Shown here piece by piece: positions 25,001-39,000 of a stretch of DNA of 64,000 nucleotides. The stretch spans positions 4,154,001 through 4,218,000 of the forward strand of contig NC_047062.1 of assembly GCF_902459465.1 (NCBI RefSeq), in the 5' to 3' direction. A program made the translations under genes and the position numbers. Within the stretch, counting starts at the first letter, position 1. Each line of letters begins with the position of its first letter. The notes beneath the pieces are model-generated. The model ran no database searches, had not been told where the DNA came from, and saw only the letters and a program-made list of their open reading frames with translations. The DNA is from Asterias rubens. Lineage: Eukaryota.

Positions 25001-26043
25001 CGTCAGCTTTGGCCACTCAGCCCTTCGGCCCTGACCGTTACGTTTGACCTGCCTGACCATTAAAGTGACGTCAGTTGGTGAAATGGGGGTCAAGTATCGG
25101 TGAAGTCATGCAATATTGTAGCATAGGGGTTTTGTGTAAATTTACACAAATTAATTTAAACAGTTTTGGGAATTGTGAACAGGCTCCTTAAATCAGTTGT
25201 CCTTGCCGTATAATTAATTTGGTTTAATGTTTTATGCAAGTGTATAGGGTGTTTTGTACGTTTACACCAACTATTTTTGCTTGTACAGTTTGAGAAGGCC
25301 TCTTATTAACTGTCCATGCTGGGAACATGTTTTGTAGTAGGTTTTATTCAAGTGTGAGTGTTTTTTTAACGTTTACTACACAACCACAGTTTTGGAATTA
25401 TGAAAAGGTCTCATTATGAAAAGGTCTCTTGTAAATATAGTTTGTTTTTCATGTTTTATGCGTAAGGGTTTTGACAAATTAATTTTATGCAGTTTTTGAA
25501 TTATGAAAAAGGCATCTTATCATTTTTTCCTAGACATGGAATATTATACTTCTTTATGTTTGCTGATGCTCAGTCAACAGCAAAATAAAACGACAACATG
25601 TTTGGGTTTTTTTTAAAGATGAAACCGCGTGTTTTACACGGAACGTAAGCACGAGGGGAAAAGTTCAAAGCATGCAGATCTCTAATTCAATTTCACTAGG
25701 TCTATAAATCACAGATCTTGAATGTACAGTACGTGCACAACGAACCGAATAGGTGTTATCAGCAGTGATGTCAATTATAATATCACTGTTAAAACAAAAG
25801 TTAATGGCCTGACGTTTCAACCCTTGCAGAGTCGATCTTTTTAGCCTTCGAGAAAGACTCTGACGTCAAGCCATTATCTATTTTTCAATGATACATCATA
25901 TTTTCTCGATTTGTTTAACAGACAATTTGAAAATCTATATATTCAAGTTGTTTGAAATACATGAAATAATGTACACGGGTATTTCCCAAAATACATAAAG
26001 CGTTTCGTGACTGAGCGCTGGAGGTCACCGGACCTAAGCTCTG

Positions 26044-26280
26044 GGCCCAATGTCATAGAGCTGCTAAGCACAAACATTTGCTCAGCATGAAATTTCATCC
26101 TTGATAAAAACAGGATTACCCACAAAATTTCCATTTGTTTCGTGTTGCTTGTTACTATTCAGCTGTTGTTTGCTTATCCTGAAAATAACGTGGAAATATA
26201 GTTGGTAATCCTTTGTTTATCAAGGGAGAAATTACATGGTAAGCAAATTGTTTTGCTTAGCAGCGCTATGAAATTGGGCC
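26044..26280. mobile_element. Palindromic MITE with CTG target-site duplication
   Basis: CTG|GGCCCAA..TTGGGCC|CTG. Confidence 0.85.
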
Positions 26281-26583
26281 CTGGTGTTGTCAGAAGCAGA
26301 GTGTGGGTTCGAAGCCCGGACACTTGAAGTAGAACCCATGAGCAAGGCATTTAACCACAATAGTAAAACGGACTGTGAAGGGGGTAACCCCATTAAAGCA
26401 GGAGTTGGTGGCAACGTGCCTCTGGTTGCAGTTGATTTGGGTCAATATCAAATAAATGATAGCCCTCTCATTAAAGTGGCCGTCCGGCCTCGTAGTTTTA
26501 TGGCGAAACAAAAAAGTTTCCTATAAGTTTTAAAAATAAATGTGTTCTGTGTTATTAATTTTCTCAGGTGGCACCTAGTCGCC

Positions 26584-27609
26584 ATGTCGTCCCCTGACAA
26601 TGGAAATACGGACGGGAAGACACCCGGCAGGTTTAAGTCTGAACCCGATCCAGATATGCCGATAGAGGGCGACGACGAAGCTTCCGAACTTTTGATTAAC
26701 ATCAAAGAGGAGCCGATGGACGAGGATTATTATCAGACCTATTCAAATACCAACGGAGACACGTGTCCAAGCGACTCGGCCGAAAGTGCCGAGTTGGATG
26801 ATGACGTAGAGTCAAATAACTTCGATAAAATTCGTGAGACCAACGAAAACGTAATGCAACAAACCGTAGTTACCAAGATGGCGATTGCTCCAGTTACCAC
26901 AGTGCCAAACGGTGGAGGGTTGAGGTCTAATATCAAGACGACCAAAATACTACCGAAACCCATGAAGTTTGCCGGGATGACCACAAAACAGGTTGTTGCT
27001 TCGACACGCTTGCTGCCTGTCGGCCTTAAAACATCGTGCCCCATCCCGATCGCTCTGACGGTCAACACGCCCGAGGTGGACCCGAAAGCGAAAGCTGCTC
27101 TGACCACCAGCCAAACCTCGGCCCACCATCTCATGACTCTTGCCACAGAGGCAGATAAAATATTGAAAAGGCAAAAGAAGACGAGTGAGAAGGGTTCTAA
27201 TTCCGATCACACCGACGATGACAAGTTGAGTTACAGTGAGGAGGAGGACGGGATGTGCACCTCAGACTCCAGTAACGGACTCGACCCTTTTGCGAACGGC
27301 TCCGATCAGACTTTGACCCTGATTCAAAGGCGAGCTGCCGAAGCATCTTTGTCAGCATCCAAGTCCAAGAAAACCAAGAGAAAACGGAACCAGTTACCAG
27401 ACGACTTGAAAGATCAGACGTACTGGGAGAGACGGCGGAAGAACAACGAGGCCGCAAAGAGGTCCCGTGATGCCCGCCGTGCCAAAGAGGATCAGATCGC
27501 GATTCGGGCTGCATTGCTGGAGCAAGAAAATATGAGACTCAAGATTGAGGTAGCAGCCCTCAAGGAAGAAACAATAAAACTGAGGGGAATGCTTTACGAT
27601 AAGCGATGA
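26584..27609 (+). CDS. PAR/giant-like bZIP transcription factor (HLF/TEF/giant/CES-2 family); main coding exon
   Basis: Acceptor ttctcag at 26567. Basic region and zipper [59 protein letters not shown]; the EDQIAIRAA motif resembles giant and HLF. An upstream ATGGCAAG|gtaacg (22577-22584) would splice in frame to give [13 protein letters not shown]. Confidence 0.9.
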   Translation: MSSPDNGNTDGKTPGRFKSEPDPDMPIEGDDEASELLINIKEEPMDEDYYQTYSNTNGDTCPSDSAESAELDDDVESNNFDKIRETNENVMQQTVVTKMAIAPVTTVPNGGGLRSNIKTTKILPKPMKFAGMTTKQVVASTRLLPVGLKTSCPIPIALTVNTPEVDPKAKAALTTSQTSAHHLMTLATEADKILKRQKKTSEKGSNSDHTDDDKLSYSEEEDGMCTSDSSNGLDPFANGSDQTLTLIQRRAAEASLSASKSKKTKRKRNQLPDDLKDQTYWERRRKNNEAAKRSRDARRAKEDQIAIRAALLEQENMRLKIEVAALKEETIKLRGMLYDKR

Positions 27610-28795
27610 TAGACACGATAAAACAATAATGAACTTATCCCTTGCCGATTTTTTTATTTTATTGTTTATTTATTGTTTATTTATCGTTGTTAGCGTCCAC
27701 TTGGCTTTCCGAAATGTTCATTTGGCAGCCATGTTTTATCAAGTTATTGCCTTCATGCATTGAGAGAGAAGATCGCATCGTTTTGTACATCGATATCAGA
27801 GAAAGCTACAGGTGCCTTGTGAGCATTTTTGGCGAAAGAATAGTTAAGCTGCCTTTGTATTTGAAAATGAGCGCGAAATGGCACGTGTGAATTTCATTGC
27901 AACATTTTGGGCCAAAAGTTTTCGGAAGCTTTTCTTACATTATTTACCGGGTAACGACTTCTTTGCGGATTGAAGCGATATTTAGTTGTTGGAAATGAAT
28001 CTTTTTAAGGTGGTATGGCACACTTTTACACTGCACGTTGTGCAGTGTGTTGGAGTATGGGTGACTTTGGTCTAGAGAAAGGACCACTAGGCTTTGATCA
28101 TTTCACTTCAGCCGGTGTCCCATGGAATTCCGTCCAGGAGATTCTGTGACCCGTAATATGGGAAAGTAACATGGGCTGGAGAAGGATGCGTTATCAGAGG
28201 AGGTTTGTACATAGTTCGCCATATGGCCTGGGGACACAACCTCCTGCCAACCCGCAACGTATAACGGATAGTAACGAAATACTTATCACAATCGCTAATG
28301 ACATCGCTTGCAAAATCTTCGCTGGTTTCTAGTCGGTATCTGCGTTACTTTTTCTGTCGTATTTGTTTTATCCCACCAAACTATCAATGACTGTACGCAG
28401 GTTCTTGCTGTTATTTTCATTTACAGAGAGACAACTCTCACATGATCACGGTCTTCTTTTTGTGCTTTGTTTGTATGCGGATATATTTTTGAGTGACATG
28501 GAAGGCCCATTTTAGGCAGAAGTGTGTACCAAAGTCACTAGGTTTACTCTGTTGACTTATTATTTTATACCTTTTTATCAACCAAACCAAATTTCAAATC
28601 TCGATTACCTCAGGTTTTTTTTTTCTTCATCTGTCTACTACGCATAAATCAAAAAAAGAGGAGCGAAGTTACCGTCATGAATTTTACTAAAAACTATTGC
28701 ATTATAATGTATAGGCCTACGTTGTTCAACGAAATTTGTTTCAACAGAATTATAATTATTATGTTCCTCAAAAGAAACCGTACATGAACTTTAAA

Positions 28796-28905
28796 GACAT
28801 TGGACACTATTGGTAATTGTCAAAGACAAGTCTTCTCACGTGGTGTATCTCAACATATGATTGAAATAACAAACCTGTGAATTGGTCGTCGAAGTTGCGA
28901 GATGA
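28796..28905 (-). mobile_element. Family A MITE fragment
   Basis: TTAA|AGACATTGGACACTATTGGTAATTGTCAAAGAC, the reverse complement of the family A 3' end. Confidence 0.65.
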
Positions 28906-30815
28906 ATTGATTGATTTAAATAAAAAGTTAAAATGTTTCTTTTTACTTTTTCTTTAAGTTAGGACACCCTCGGTGAGCACTAAAAGTAGCTAAGAACCGA
29001 CAGAAAAATCTTACTTAGCAAAAAACAGGAAACCAGTCAAAGACCCATAAGTAGAAATCGATACAACTGGTGCCCCTCTCATTGTTTTGCTTAAATAGCA
29101 AAGGAAAATTGGTTAGCCACCACCGTGTTATTTTTAAGATGGCGTTGTGATGACGTCAGTGTAACAGTGCATTGATCTCCATTAGATGTACTAAATCAAT
29201 GTTAAGGGTGTATGACCGTCAAGTTGGGTATGTATGAACTTACGCGGGTAGGTGTAACCGCGGGATTTAGGATAATTTTACAACCAACAAAATATACATG
29301 TCTTTGTTAATAATACAGCGGTATGGTTTACTGCAAGTCTGACCTCGATCTCTACAGCTGTTTACCTTGCATAATGCATTTTGTGAAGATGACTACCACT
29401 AACATTACCTCATTGTACAAACAACTTCATATACAGGCCTATTGTTTGATTTACAATAATTATAAGAAATACAAATCTTGATGTACGTGGCAATTTAACT
29501 TCTCAGTGAATCGATGCTATAGTTGTTACATACTTATACAAAGCAATGGTATAAATCAAGCCATGGGTAGTTGAGTGTCATTGACGATTGCTGTGTATCA
29601 ACATCCATAATATCAAAACTTGGTGTACAGTTGGCTTTTCCGTTTGTCATCAGAGCAGCGGCCATTCAACACACGAGGCCAACATGTCGCAAATTTTCTG
29701 CGAGAGTTGGAAGACATTTATTTCGTTTGCAAAATATGAACTGGCTTTCATCTTTTAAGTTTACTTTTCAAGGCGAAATTTCAGATGCAAACAGTCTTGC
29801 ATTCGTACAAAGTTCAAAATCACTTCTAATCGAGGAGTCGAAATCGGGGAGCCATCAGTTCGCGCGAGAGCAGTGATCTCGCGAGAGCACTATCTCAGCG
29901 CGTGGGCCGATTTAACGACTTGTCCACAAGTCTAGCGTGTGCATGGTAAATATTATAAGTAGACAAGGAATTTGAATTTTTGTTTTATAAAAAGCTTGGT
30001 TCGATGTTTTCAAACTATGTTTTTACCCAATCGTTTATTCGAAACTTACATCAGTTAATTTAATCTTGCCTTTTGTCAAGGTACATGAAGGTTGGTGTAA
30101 TAAAAACTTGAGATGTGGTGACTAACTTTGCTTTGGCCATTAAGGGAGGGATGCTTCTATACTATTAGTTTTGTTATTACCACAGACAACTTTTAACCAA
30201 ACCAAGTGGTTAAACAATGATGAGGTCGTTCTCGATTAAATTTCCTGTAATAAATTTAATGAATTGTTTTTAACTCGCAATGGATTTCGAAACATCACAG
30301 TTTCATGAAATTATATTTATCGGTTTTTTTCAGCGGTGGAAGACGGTTATGTCCATATACAATATGAACTTGGTCGTGTAACTAAAAAAAAAATATAGCT
30401 GCATGTAAATAACAGCAAGTATAAAATAAAATGCTTTAAAAATACCGGTTTCTGGTTTTCTCTGTTTCTGTTGTACCATGATTATCCGATTCCGATTACA
30501 TAACACAGCCATGCATTGGGTCATTTGGAAATGATAGGAATATGTGAGGGAGTACACATGGTGAAGGATCTGTAATAAACACCTCAGGCCAGTACAAGTC
30601 CAATTTTTTCGAGTTTATTTTATTTCAAAGGGTGACCAAAAAAATCTTAAAAAGTGGGAAGGATACCATGCCGCATCATGCCTGCCTGCTAACATAAGGA
30701 ATATCCCGAATCATGTTGGTTTGGTTTAAGTGATTTAGATTGCTTTCGGAAATAATTCCTTTCAAAGTTTTCCCCGAACCAAAATGTTGACAACATAGGG
30801 ACACCGCCAACATAT

Positions 30816-30890
30816 AGGGCTACAGATAGCTCAGTTGGTAATCCGGAGGTCGTTGGTTCGAATCCCACTCTAGTCGATTCTTTGTTCAAC
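30816..30890 (+). mobile_element. Third tRNA-derived short repeat (also at 35027-35105)
   Basis: GGGCT..GATAGCTCAGTTGGTA..GGTTCGAATCCC; a related degenerate copy lies at 35027. Confidence 0.55.
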
Positions 30891-31767
30891 CCCCCCCCCC
30901 CCGCCCCCTCAAAAAACAAATTCTTAAAAGTTTCAAAAGAGAAACTTTTTTTGTGCGAAACCTCCGCGTCACTCGTATCCATCGAGATTTATTTCACGGT
31001 GGTCAATTGCCAACTTACATGTAGGGTGATGTGGGGCCCATTGCCACCGAAACTCAAGCAAACCACGTCCAGATATTAATGCATTTGTGTCGCAGTTGTT
31101 TTAAAGATTCGATTTTAAGAGGTAAAGAACATTTTTGTAGGGAAGGAAATGTACACAAGAATCCAAATGGACGGCAAGACAAGTCGGGAAAATGGGCCCA
31201 TTATTCCACCATGAAATAACCCATGCGTAAAAATACAATACTCCTGATCAATGGCAGTTCTGAAAGATACCATCCCCGCCCCCCCCCCCCCCATACTTGA
31301 TTATTTATCTTTGGTGGGTAATTTAATCAAAATTAAGGTAAGTCCTTATGCCTACTTTGATTGTGCAGGATACATGGGTCCCCAAATATAGAAACATTTA
31401 TAAGGGACAACTAGGCAAAGAAATACGGACGGGGTACCACAACACCTGCAATTTGATTCCAGGTTCGAAGGTTTCGATAAGCATACAGTTCAATGCTAAT
31501 TAATAAATAATCCCGGTCCTTAAAACAAATTTTAGAAGTTATCGTCAGATAATTGTTTATTGATACAGATTGGTTTAGAACATATACATATTTGGTGTGG
31601 AATTATTATTGACGGATGATATCATACCATCTGTTTTCATGAAGTATGGAAATAAATATCAGTTTGAATGAATGACATTTTTTTTGCAAAATTGGGTGTT
31701 AACAAAGAGAGTAATTATAATCCCACCGATTCCATTTACTGTACTTAACATTTTCGAAGATCTTTAA

Positions 31768-32148
31768 AGCCATTGGACCCTTTCGGTACAGAAAAAAAAA
31801 AATCACAGATTTACAAATAACTTACGGGATTTACAAATAACTTACGGGGTTTACAGAAGGTAGTGGTGAAAGACTTCTCTTGAAATATTATTCCATGAAA
31901 TGCTTTACTTTTTGAGAAAACAGTAAAACAATATCAATTCTCGATATCGAGAATTACGGATTTATTTTAAACACATGTCATAACACGGCGAAACGTGCGG
32001 ATACAAGGGTGGGTTTTCCCGTTATTTTCTCCCGACTCCGATGACTGATTGAGCCTAAATTTTCACAGGTTTGTTTTTTTATATATAAGTTGTGATACAC
32101 GAAGTGTGGGCCTTGGACAATACTGTTTACCGAAAGGGTCCAATGGCT
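31768..32148. mobile_element. TTAA-flanked Kolobok-like MITE (third family)
   Basis: TIR AGCCATTGGACCCTTTCGGTA / TACCGAAAGGGTCCAATGGCT; shares the internal AAATTTTCACAGGTTTG motif with family A. Confidence 0.75.
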
Positions 32149-33029
32149 TTTATGTCATGAAAATCACATCTCTGTGAATGATACCATGTCCTAAAGTGAT
32201 TCGTCAATACTGCAGTACACCATAGTAGTTTGATAAATAAATAGTATGGTTTCAAAAGCAACGTATTTCATCAATATAAAATCTTCAAAGCGACAGGAAA
32301 ACCAACGACACTTATCTCCTTAATTCTGACAGTGTTCCACTAACCTAATAATAAGTACATTGGTAAACACAAAGCTTTACCAACCAAAAAGCCCAAACAA
32401 AGATGACTGGTTTTTATTATTATTATTTTTGTTCACCCTTGCGCTGACGTTTGATAAGCACTTATATACCTGTTGCTCTCCGAATGCGAAAGAAAACCTC
32501 AAGCGAATCTGTTAGTATTTGTATCTGGCCCTTATCAACCTCAATACACTGCAGCAAATGAATGGTTTACTTTGAACGGTTGGAGTCCATGGCAAAGGTT
32601 TGCAACAAACTTGTGGTTTACGAGACACAATCAATCCCATGTTGTTGGAGTCCTTCAACATAACAATAGTGGGAGTTCGCCAAAAACCCTCATTGGCCAA
32701 GTTCCTAAATAACACCATCTTAACTTCACAGAGAGATGTATGCAGGTTCATATCAATGGAGGAAATAAACCAAAAGCATGTTTAATAGTTTGCTAAGCAG
32801 TTTTCCTTCATAGTGTGCCCCGTTTGTCATCTTGACATCAAACGACTGGGCTAAATACTACAAAATGAACATATGGGCGTGGGTCTGGTATCAGCAGATT
32901 TCAAGGCAGCAAATTCGAATTTAGCAGGTAAGTAAAGTAGGCAAGCAAGCAAGCATAACACTACAGCCCAGTGCTGTACCTGGCACTAACTGGTGGACTT
33001 TCAGTTGCATTTCCTTTTTCCAAAAACTT

Positions 33030-36000
33030 TTAATAAGGACAGCCTCTCGCCCAGTGACCTCGTCTACCTGTGTAAACAAACAAACAAACACACAAAAATC
33101 ACAAACAATTAAATGACAAGAGGCACAATCGGAGAGAAATACCCTCAAATAGGGCAAACCCATGCAATCCCTACCTTGATTGCGTGGGTTGGCCCGATAA
33201 GAGGGTTTTTCTCCCACATCAAACTGCACATTTTGTTCTTGTTTCCAATTCACTATCCTATTATTTATGTGTGATGAAATATTCAAAATACTATCATTTG
33301 ATGATATAGAATCAAATACACTCTATGTTGATGTCCTTTAAGGGGAGCAAAGGACCACATTATCAATTAGGAAATAAAAGAAAATATCCTTTTAGCTCAG
33401 AGATTAAATTCTTTGTTTTATGTTTCTTTAATTCCTAAGCAAAAAACCTTGGAATCTGAATAACAGACAAAAACAAAACGGACAAATCAAAACTTCATCG
33501 GCTCAGGACCGAATTGTCATAATTGCAGTTTGTCTGGGTTTCATGAAATTGCTTTTGCATAATTTGGAGCTGGTAAATGGGTTTTATTGATCAATAGTGT
33601 TCAGCGAAAAGAAACTTTCATTCTCTGAGTAATTTTTTTATTTTTATTTTTATTTTTAATTTTTTTGGGTGCATTTTTCATTAATGACCTTTAGATCATT
33701 AAGATGATTGCCATTAATGAAGTTATAGAACGGAGCCAACGACTTACCACAAATATGGCAAGTACCACCCCCATAGTACTCGCCATCTATTCCTGGATCG
33801 TAGTCCGTGTTGATTGAATCATCTTCGTCATCTTCATCTACACTATTGTCACTGTCGTCATAGTCCGAGGATATTTCTATTGGACCATAATCATGAGATC
33901 GGGTACCAGATGCAGGCCCTACTGTTAAACCTGGTGATGGAAGGATAATACAAAACAGAACATGCAGATAATAATATTTTGCCAAAAACCAAATTATATG
34001 ATGCCAACTCAGACTGTTAAAATTAAAACAACCCTGCAAAAGCTTACCATTTATAAACATTCATAAGGTAAGTCTAGGCTACATTGAAGTCCTTTGACAA
34101 GAAATGCCTTCATGCCATGGCTAAGTTTCAGAGCTACTGAAGCAAAAAAAGTAGCTAAGCATAAAACAAATTATGCTACCCAGAATAAGGTTACCAGCCA
34201 AAATGGCTTTCCACAACTAACACTTGTGACCAAATTCCTGCTAAATCTTGTTTAGCAGAAAAAAAGTTCAGCACAATTGTATCCTTAAGCAGCTCCATGA
34301 AATTTAGCTCTGGCCAACAAAGGCTTCCTAATTTCATCTAGAAATTGCAAATTGCAAATGCCATACGAAATGGTCACATACCTTTTTTGGCAGTGAATGT
34401 TTCGCAGGATTTAAGCACAAGTCAACTGATGCAAATTATTCATTGCAAATTTCTGATGTCAAAATTTGTATCACATTCGCAGAATTATGGTCCTTTAATC
34501 ACTTACTTTTCCTTTCGGTGACGACCTCTTTCCGTTTCTGCTTCATGTCTTCGCTGAGACTCTCCACCATCTTATCAATGTAGTTATCTAAGACGATAGA
34601 GCGACTGTGAGAGGTGATGGAAGCACGGCAGACGGGGCACTCTTTCTTACGTTTCATCCAAGAGAGGATGCAGTATTGACAGAAGGAATGGGAACAGTTC
34701 AGAGTGGTAGCCTGAAAGTATCAACATTAGAGACACAGCTTACAAGTTTGTTTCTTTGTGTTGTCCACGGGGGACCATACATGCAGATTCACATTGATAT
34801 TGAATACTAGAGAGACGGCCATTTCCCTGGTTGTATCGTAAACTTGGATCCCTAACAACAAGGCAGCTAACGGTTATATGGCTTCTAACTGGCAACCCCG
34901 CACAAAGATATTTACTTTTCTTTCTGTTTAATCTGTGGACCAAGGTGAACATTGAATATAATTAACTTGGTAATCTAGTGACTTCAAGCCACTTGATATT
35001 GACTAATACTATGGAGACTGCCAACATAGGGCTGGATAGCTCAGCTGGTAGAGCGCCAGTACGTTCATCCAGATGTTGTTGGTTCAAGCCCTCTCCAGTC
35101 AATCTTTCTCTGTTTAAAACCAATTTATTTGAAGATTTACCCAGTGATTTATTAATGCTTGATTTATTTACACACACGGATGCAGAAATTTGTATCATTA
35201 TGGGAGATAGAAACAAATAACTTGGTAACACAGAGAAGAGTACATTCAAACAAGTGTTGCATAATATAAATAAAAAATCAATGTGTGGTGAAGAGGTTTT
35301 CAACTAGTGGTTTAATCCCAACGAGGCCTGGTTCTTGATAATTTTACCGAGACAAAGTCGAGGTAAATTATCAAGAACCAGGCCTCGGCGGGTTTAACCA
35401 CTAGTTGAAAACCGATTCAACACACTTTGATTCCCTTTTCGGTCAAAAAACATCAACACTTATGGTCAAAAAGTAAAATAAATGCAAACATTATAATTTT
35501 TCAATGATTTCTTTCAACACAACCTTTCAACACACCCCTCCAGCTATGAAATGGTAAGGCCCAGTCAAGGCCCTCGGGTAAACAACTCCTGACAAGGGAA
35601 TACTGTGCGCGTATCGCGTATCGCGTGATGTGGCACAACTGTCTCAGCCGTTGCTCTCGACCAACAGAAATGAATAAGCACAGGTGCAAACTCACGTGTC
35701 ACGCCCATGTTTCAACACTTTTTACTGGTGTTATATCGTCCGCTCAAACAACCCCTTGTGATGCCCTCTCGACCAATCAGAATGGATAAACTGTCTTAGG
35801 TATTTATGAATGCATAATATAAACCGCCATTATTGTTATAACACTGTATAAGAAATTGGTAGGTTCTGTAAAGACATGAGAAGTGTGAGGTGTCTTGGCT
35901 GAGCAGTTAAGATAAACGAACTCAAGCTCTGGTGTATAATCAGCAGAGTTGTGGGTTCGAGTCCAGGTCGTGACACTGTGTCCTTAAGTCACTGCTTCGT

Positions 36001-39000
36001 CTTTGGATGAGATGTAAAGCTGTAGGTCTTGTGTGTTGTTATAAAAAACTATCGACCCACAAAAAACAAACCCAGTACACACAAATTGCACAGAGAAGGG
36101 GCTCGCCCCAACGTGTCTGAAAGTGCGTTTATCTTCCAACTTCAATCATGAGGGCTGCACTATAAGGAAGAAGAGGTAGAAGACATGTGTTCATTCCCTA
36201 CCTGGATAAAGAGTTCAGCACAGACACTGCACTGCAGTTCATTCTCCATGACGTCAGTGATATTCTGTAGTGCCTCTTCCTTAGCCTTCTGAATACAGAT
36301 CTCATGCTCCTCTTTCTCAAGTCGACTTGCCATCAGCTGATGAGGAAATACAAAATGCATCAATTAGGTTACTTTCATAATTGCTATAATATAATAATAA
36401 TAACAAATTCTAAAAGCGCATTTCACAACAAACCGTATCAATGCGCTTTACATTAGTCCCCTGGTCATTGGGCCAATAACATCCCTTTAGTCTTTCTCAG
36501 CCGAGCTGCAGTGGCGCTCCGAAGGCTTTATCATTCACAATATCAACCTCTACCCTCGCAGGTACCCATTTATACCCCTGGGTGAAGACAAGCAATTATA
36601 GTAAAGTATCTTGCTCAAGGACACAAGTGTCACGACCGGGGTTCAAACCCACACTCTGGTGACTTGGCATCAGAACTTGAATTTGATGCTCTTAACCACT
36701 CGGCCGTGACACTCATACTTATTATCATAATAAAGCCCACAGTTCTTGCAAGCTACGTTCTTATTCTACTTCCCATTTATGTTTTTCCCCTGCACCTACT
36801 CGCGTTTTATGGCCAACGAGCATTCACAGTCAGTTGTAGAACAATCTCTACCTCTTCACATCCGTCAGGCATCATCTTTTGTTAAAAACTCATTTAATTT
36901 AATGCCTAGTTACTATAATTTTTGTTTATTCGTTTAAAAATGCTTTTATACAGCACTTTGAAACTTTTTTTAAAGGCAGTTAATAAATAGATATCATTAT
37001 AATTTAAGTAGGGTGAAATGGCCGAGCGGTCTACGTCTAGAGCATCAAACTCACATTCTAGTGGATGAGTCAATAGAGTATTGGTTCGAGTGTGGGTCTT
37101 GACACTTGATACTTAGCAAAGATACTCAACTAGTTTCTTCTCATCTCATCACCCAAGAGTAAAGGGGGCAGGGTTCTGCCCATGGTGGTCGGAAAAACCC
37201 GCCCGGCACCCATGATTCCCAGACCACCACTAATTTTCAAATTTTGTGAATTAAATTATTTACCCCAAAACTGAAATGTCTTCCTTTGACCTCAGTGAGG
37301 GCACAGTTTGAGCTGGTGACATCTTACACAAGAATCAAAACAAATAAGTCTGTTTGAGGAATGTTAACATAATTGATTTTTATTTAGCGCTTTACACAGC
37401 CGAATAGAGTCTCAAAGCACTTCTAACATTACTACCCCTGGACACTGGGCAATTTAATTCAATCCTTAAAACTATCTCAGCTCTCTGGGGAGTATACAGC
37501 TTGTGCAACAAATTTGCGCTGCTAAGCTATATCAATCACAAGAACCATTTCTGCCCTCACAGGTACCCATTTACCCCTGGCTGGAGAGAAGCAATTATTG
37601 TTAAGTTTCTCGCTCAGGGACACAAGTGTCATGACAGAGATTCGAACCCACACTCTGCTGAAGAGAAACACCAGTGCTGGAGTTCTGGGCTCTTATCCGC
37701 TCGGCTACGACCACCTATGAGTCCGTTTGAGAAATGTTATGTGAACTCCAAGTTACCTCAGTATGCAGTTGAGCATATTCCCTCTCCTTGAGGGCAATGA
37801 CCTCTTCCAACTTGGTCTTTTCATTCTCCAATCCAGCCTGGAGGTCTTTGTCCTTCTCTTCCAGCTTTCTTTCCATCTCTTTCTGAAGACTTTCCTCTAC
37901 TTTGGCTTTATCAGCCTGGAGAAAAATAAAATCAAAGTTTTAGGACAATTCTGTACAATGAAGCCATGTTTCTTAAAATGGTCAATTGAACTAAAGGTGT
38001 AGCGATATAATAATAATAGGCCTAGTACTATAATAATCATAATAACCAGCCAGTACAATGAAATCATCAAAATGCATTTAAAAAGTAAATGAAAATAGGC
38101 CTTCATTAATAATAATAATCAACAATCAGTTATTAAATCAATTAACCAACCAACGGATTAATTATCAATCAATGCATCAACCAATTGAGCAAAAACAATC
38201 AATAATCAATCAATCAACCAATTAATTATTAAAACGCCATCCAGTAGAATAAAGTCAACCAAAAAGCATTTTTTAAAAGGAAGTGATGACGGGCCTTCAT
38301 CAAAATGTCCTGCATGAATAAAATTAATATGTGCTAGATTTTAATGAAAATTTTCTATGAAGGTCAACATGAACAGAATCAACATTAGTGTTCTTTTGTT
38401 ATAGAAGAAAGAAACAAGTGTGTCATGATTACATGCAATTGAGTAACACTCAATAAAAAATGTTTTTCAAATGTAAAAATGAACTCATGGGCAAAAACGC
38501 AGAGTTTCAGGAAACGCCCTGCCAAGGAATCAAAACAACACTGTGATGTTACACTTCGGACTCGATCCAATCAAGACAATGGACAATGCAAAGCGACAAA
38601 GAGAAACAATCTTTTTCCAGTCCGTGTTGTGATACATTTTTTCATCACAACACGGACCAGTTTCACACTGGACTTCTGAGACACTGGTACTTCAGTGTTG
38701 TTTTCACTTTTCACTCTTATTGGTCATTGCTGGAAACCATGCAGAAGGCCACCATTAATGGGGAAAAAAGACTAGTTCAAAAATTATAGAAGGGTAAATA
38801 AGCTTTTCCAACCAAATTTCAACAAATATACAGAAAGGAAAACTTCACACTTGACCAAATAACAACTTAACACAAAAATAAACAAGGATTAGTAGACACA
38901 TCTGTTTGAGTGATTTCGTTTAAGGTGATCTTTCAAATAAATAATGTAAATACCTGAAGCGATTCTCGCTGCGTCTGTAATTGCTGCAACATCATCTCTT

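Noticed and set aside
25861-25868. CRE site in the bZIP intron
   Set aside because: It arises at a deletion junction within the Penelope-like remnant, so it was not counted as regulatory evidence.
26739-27514. Antisense ORFs over the bZIP exon (also 39414-39749 over RNF8 and 59606-59851 over SLC46)
   Set aside because: These are shadow ORFs of real coding exons with no recognisable motifs.
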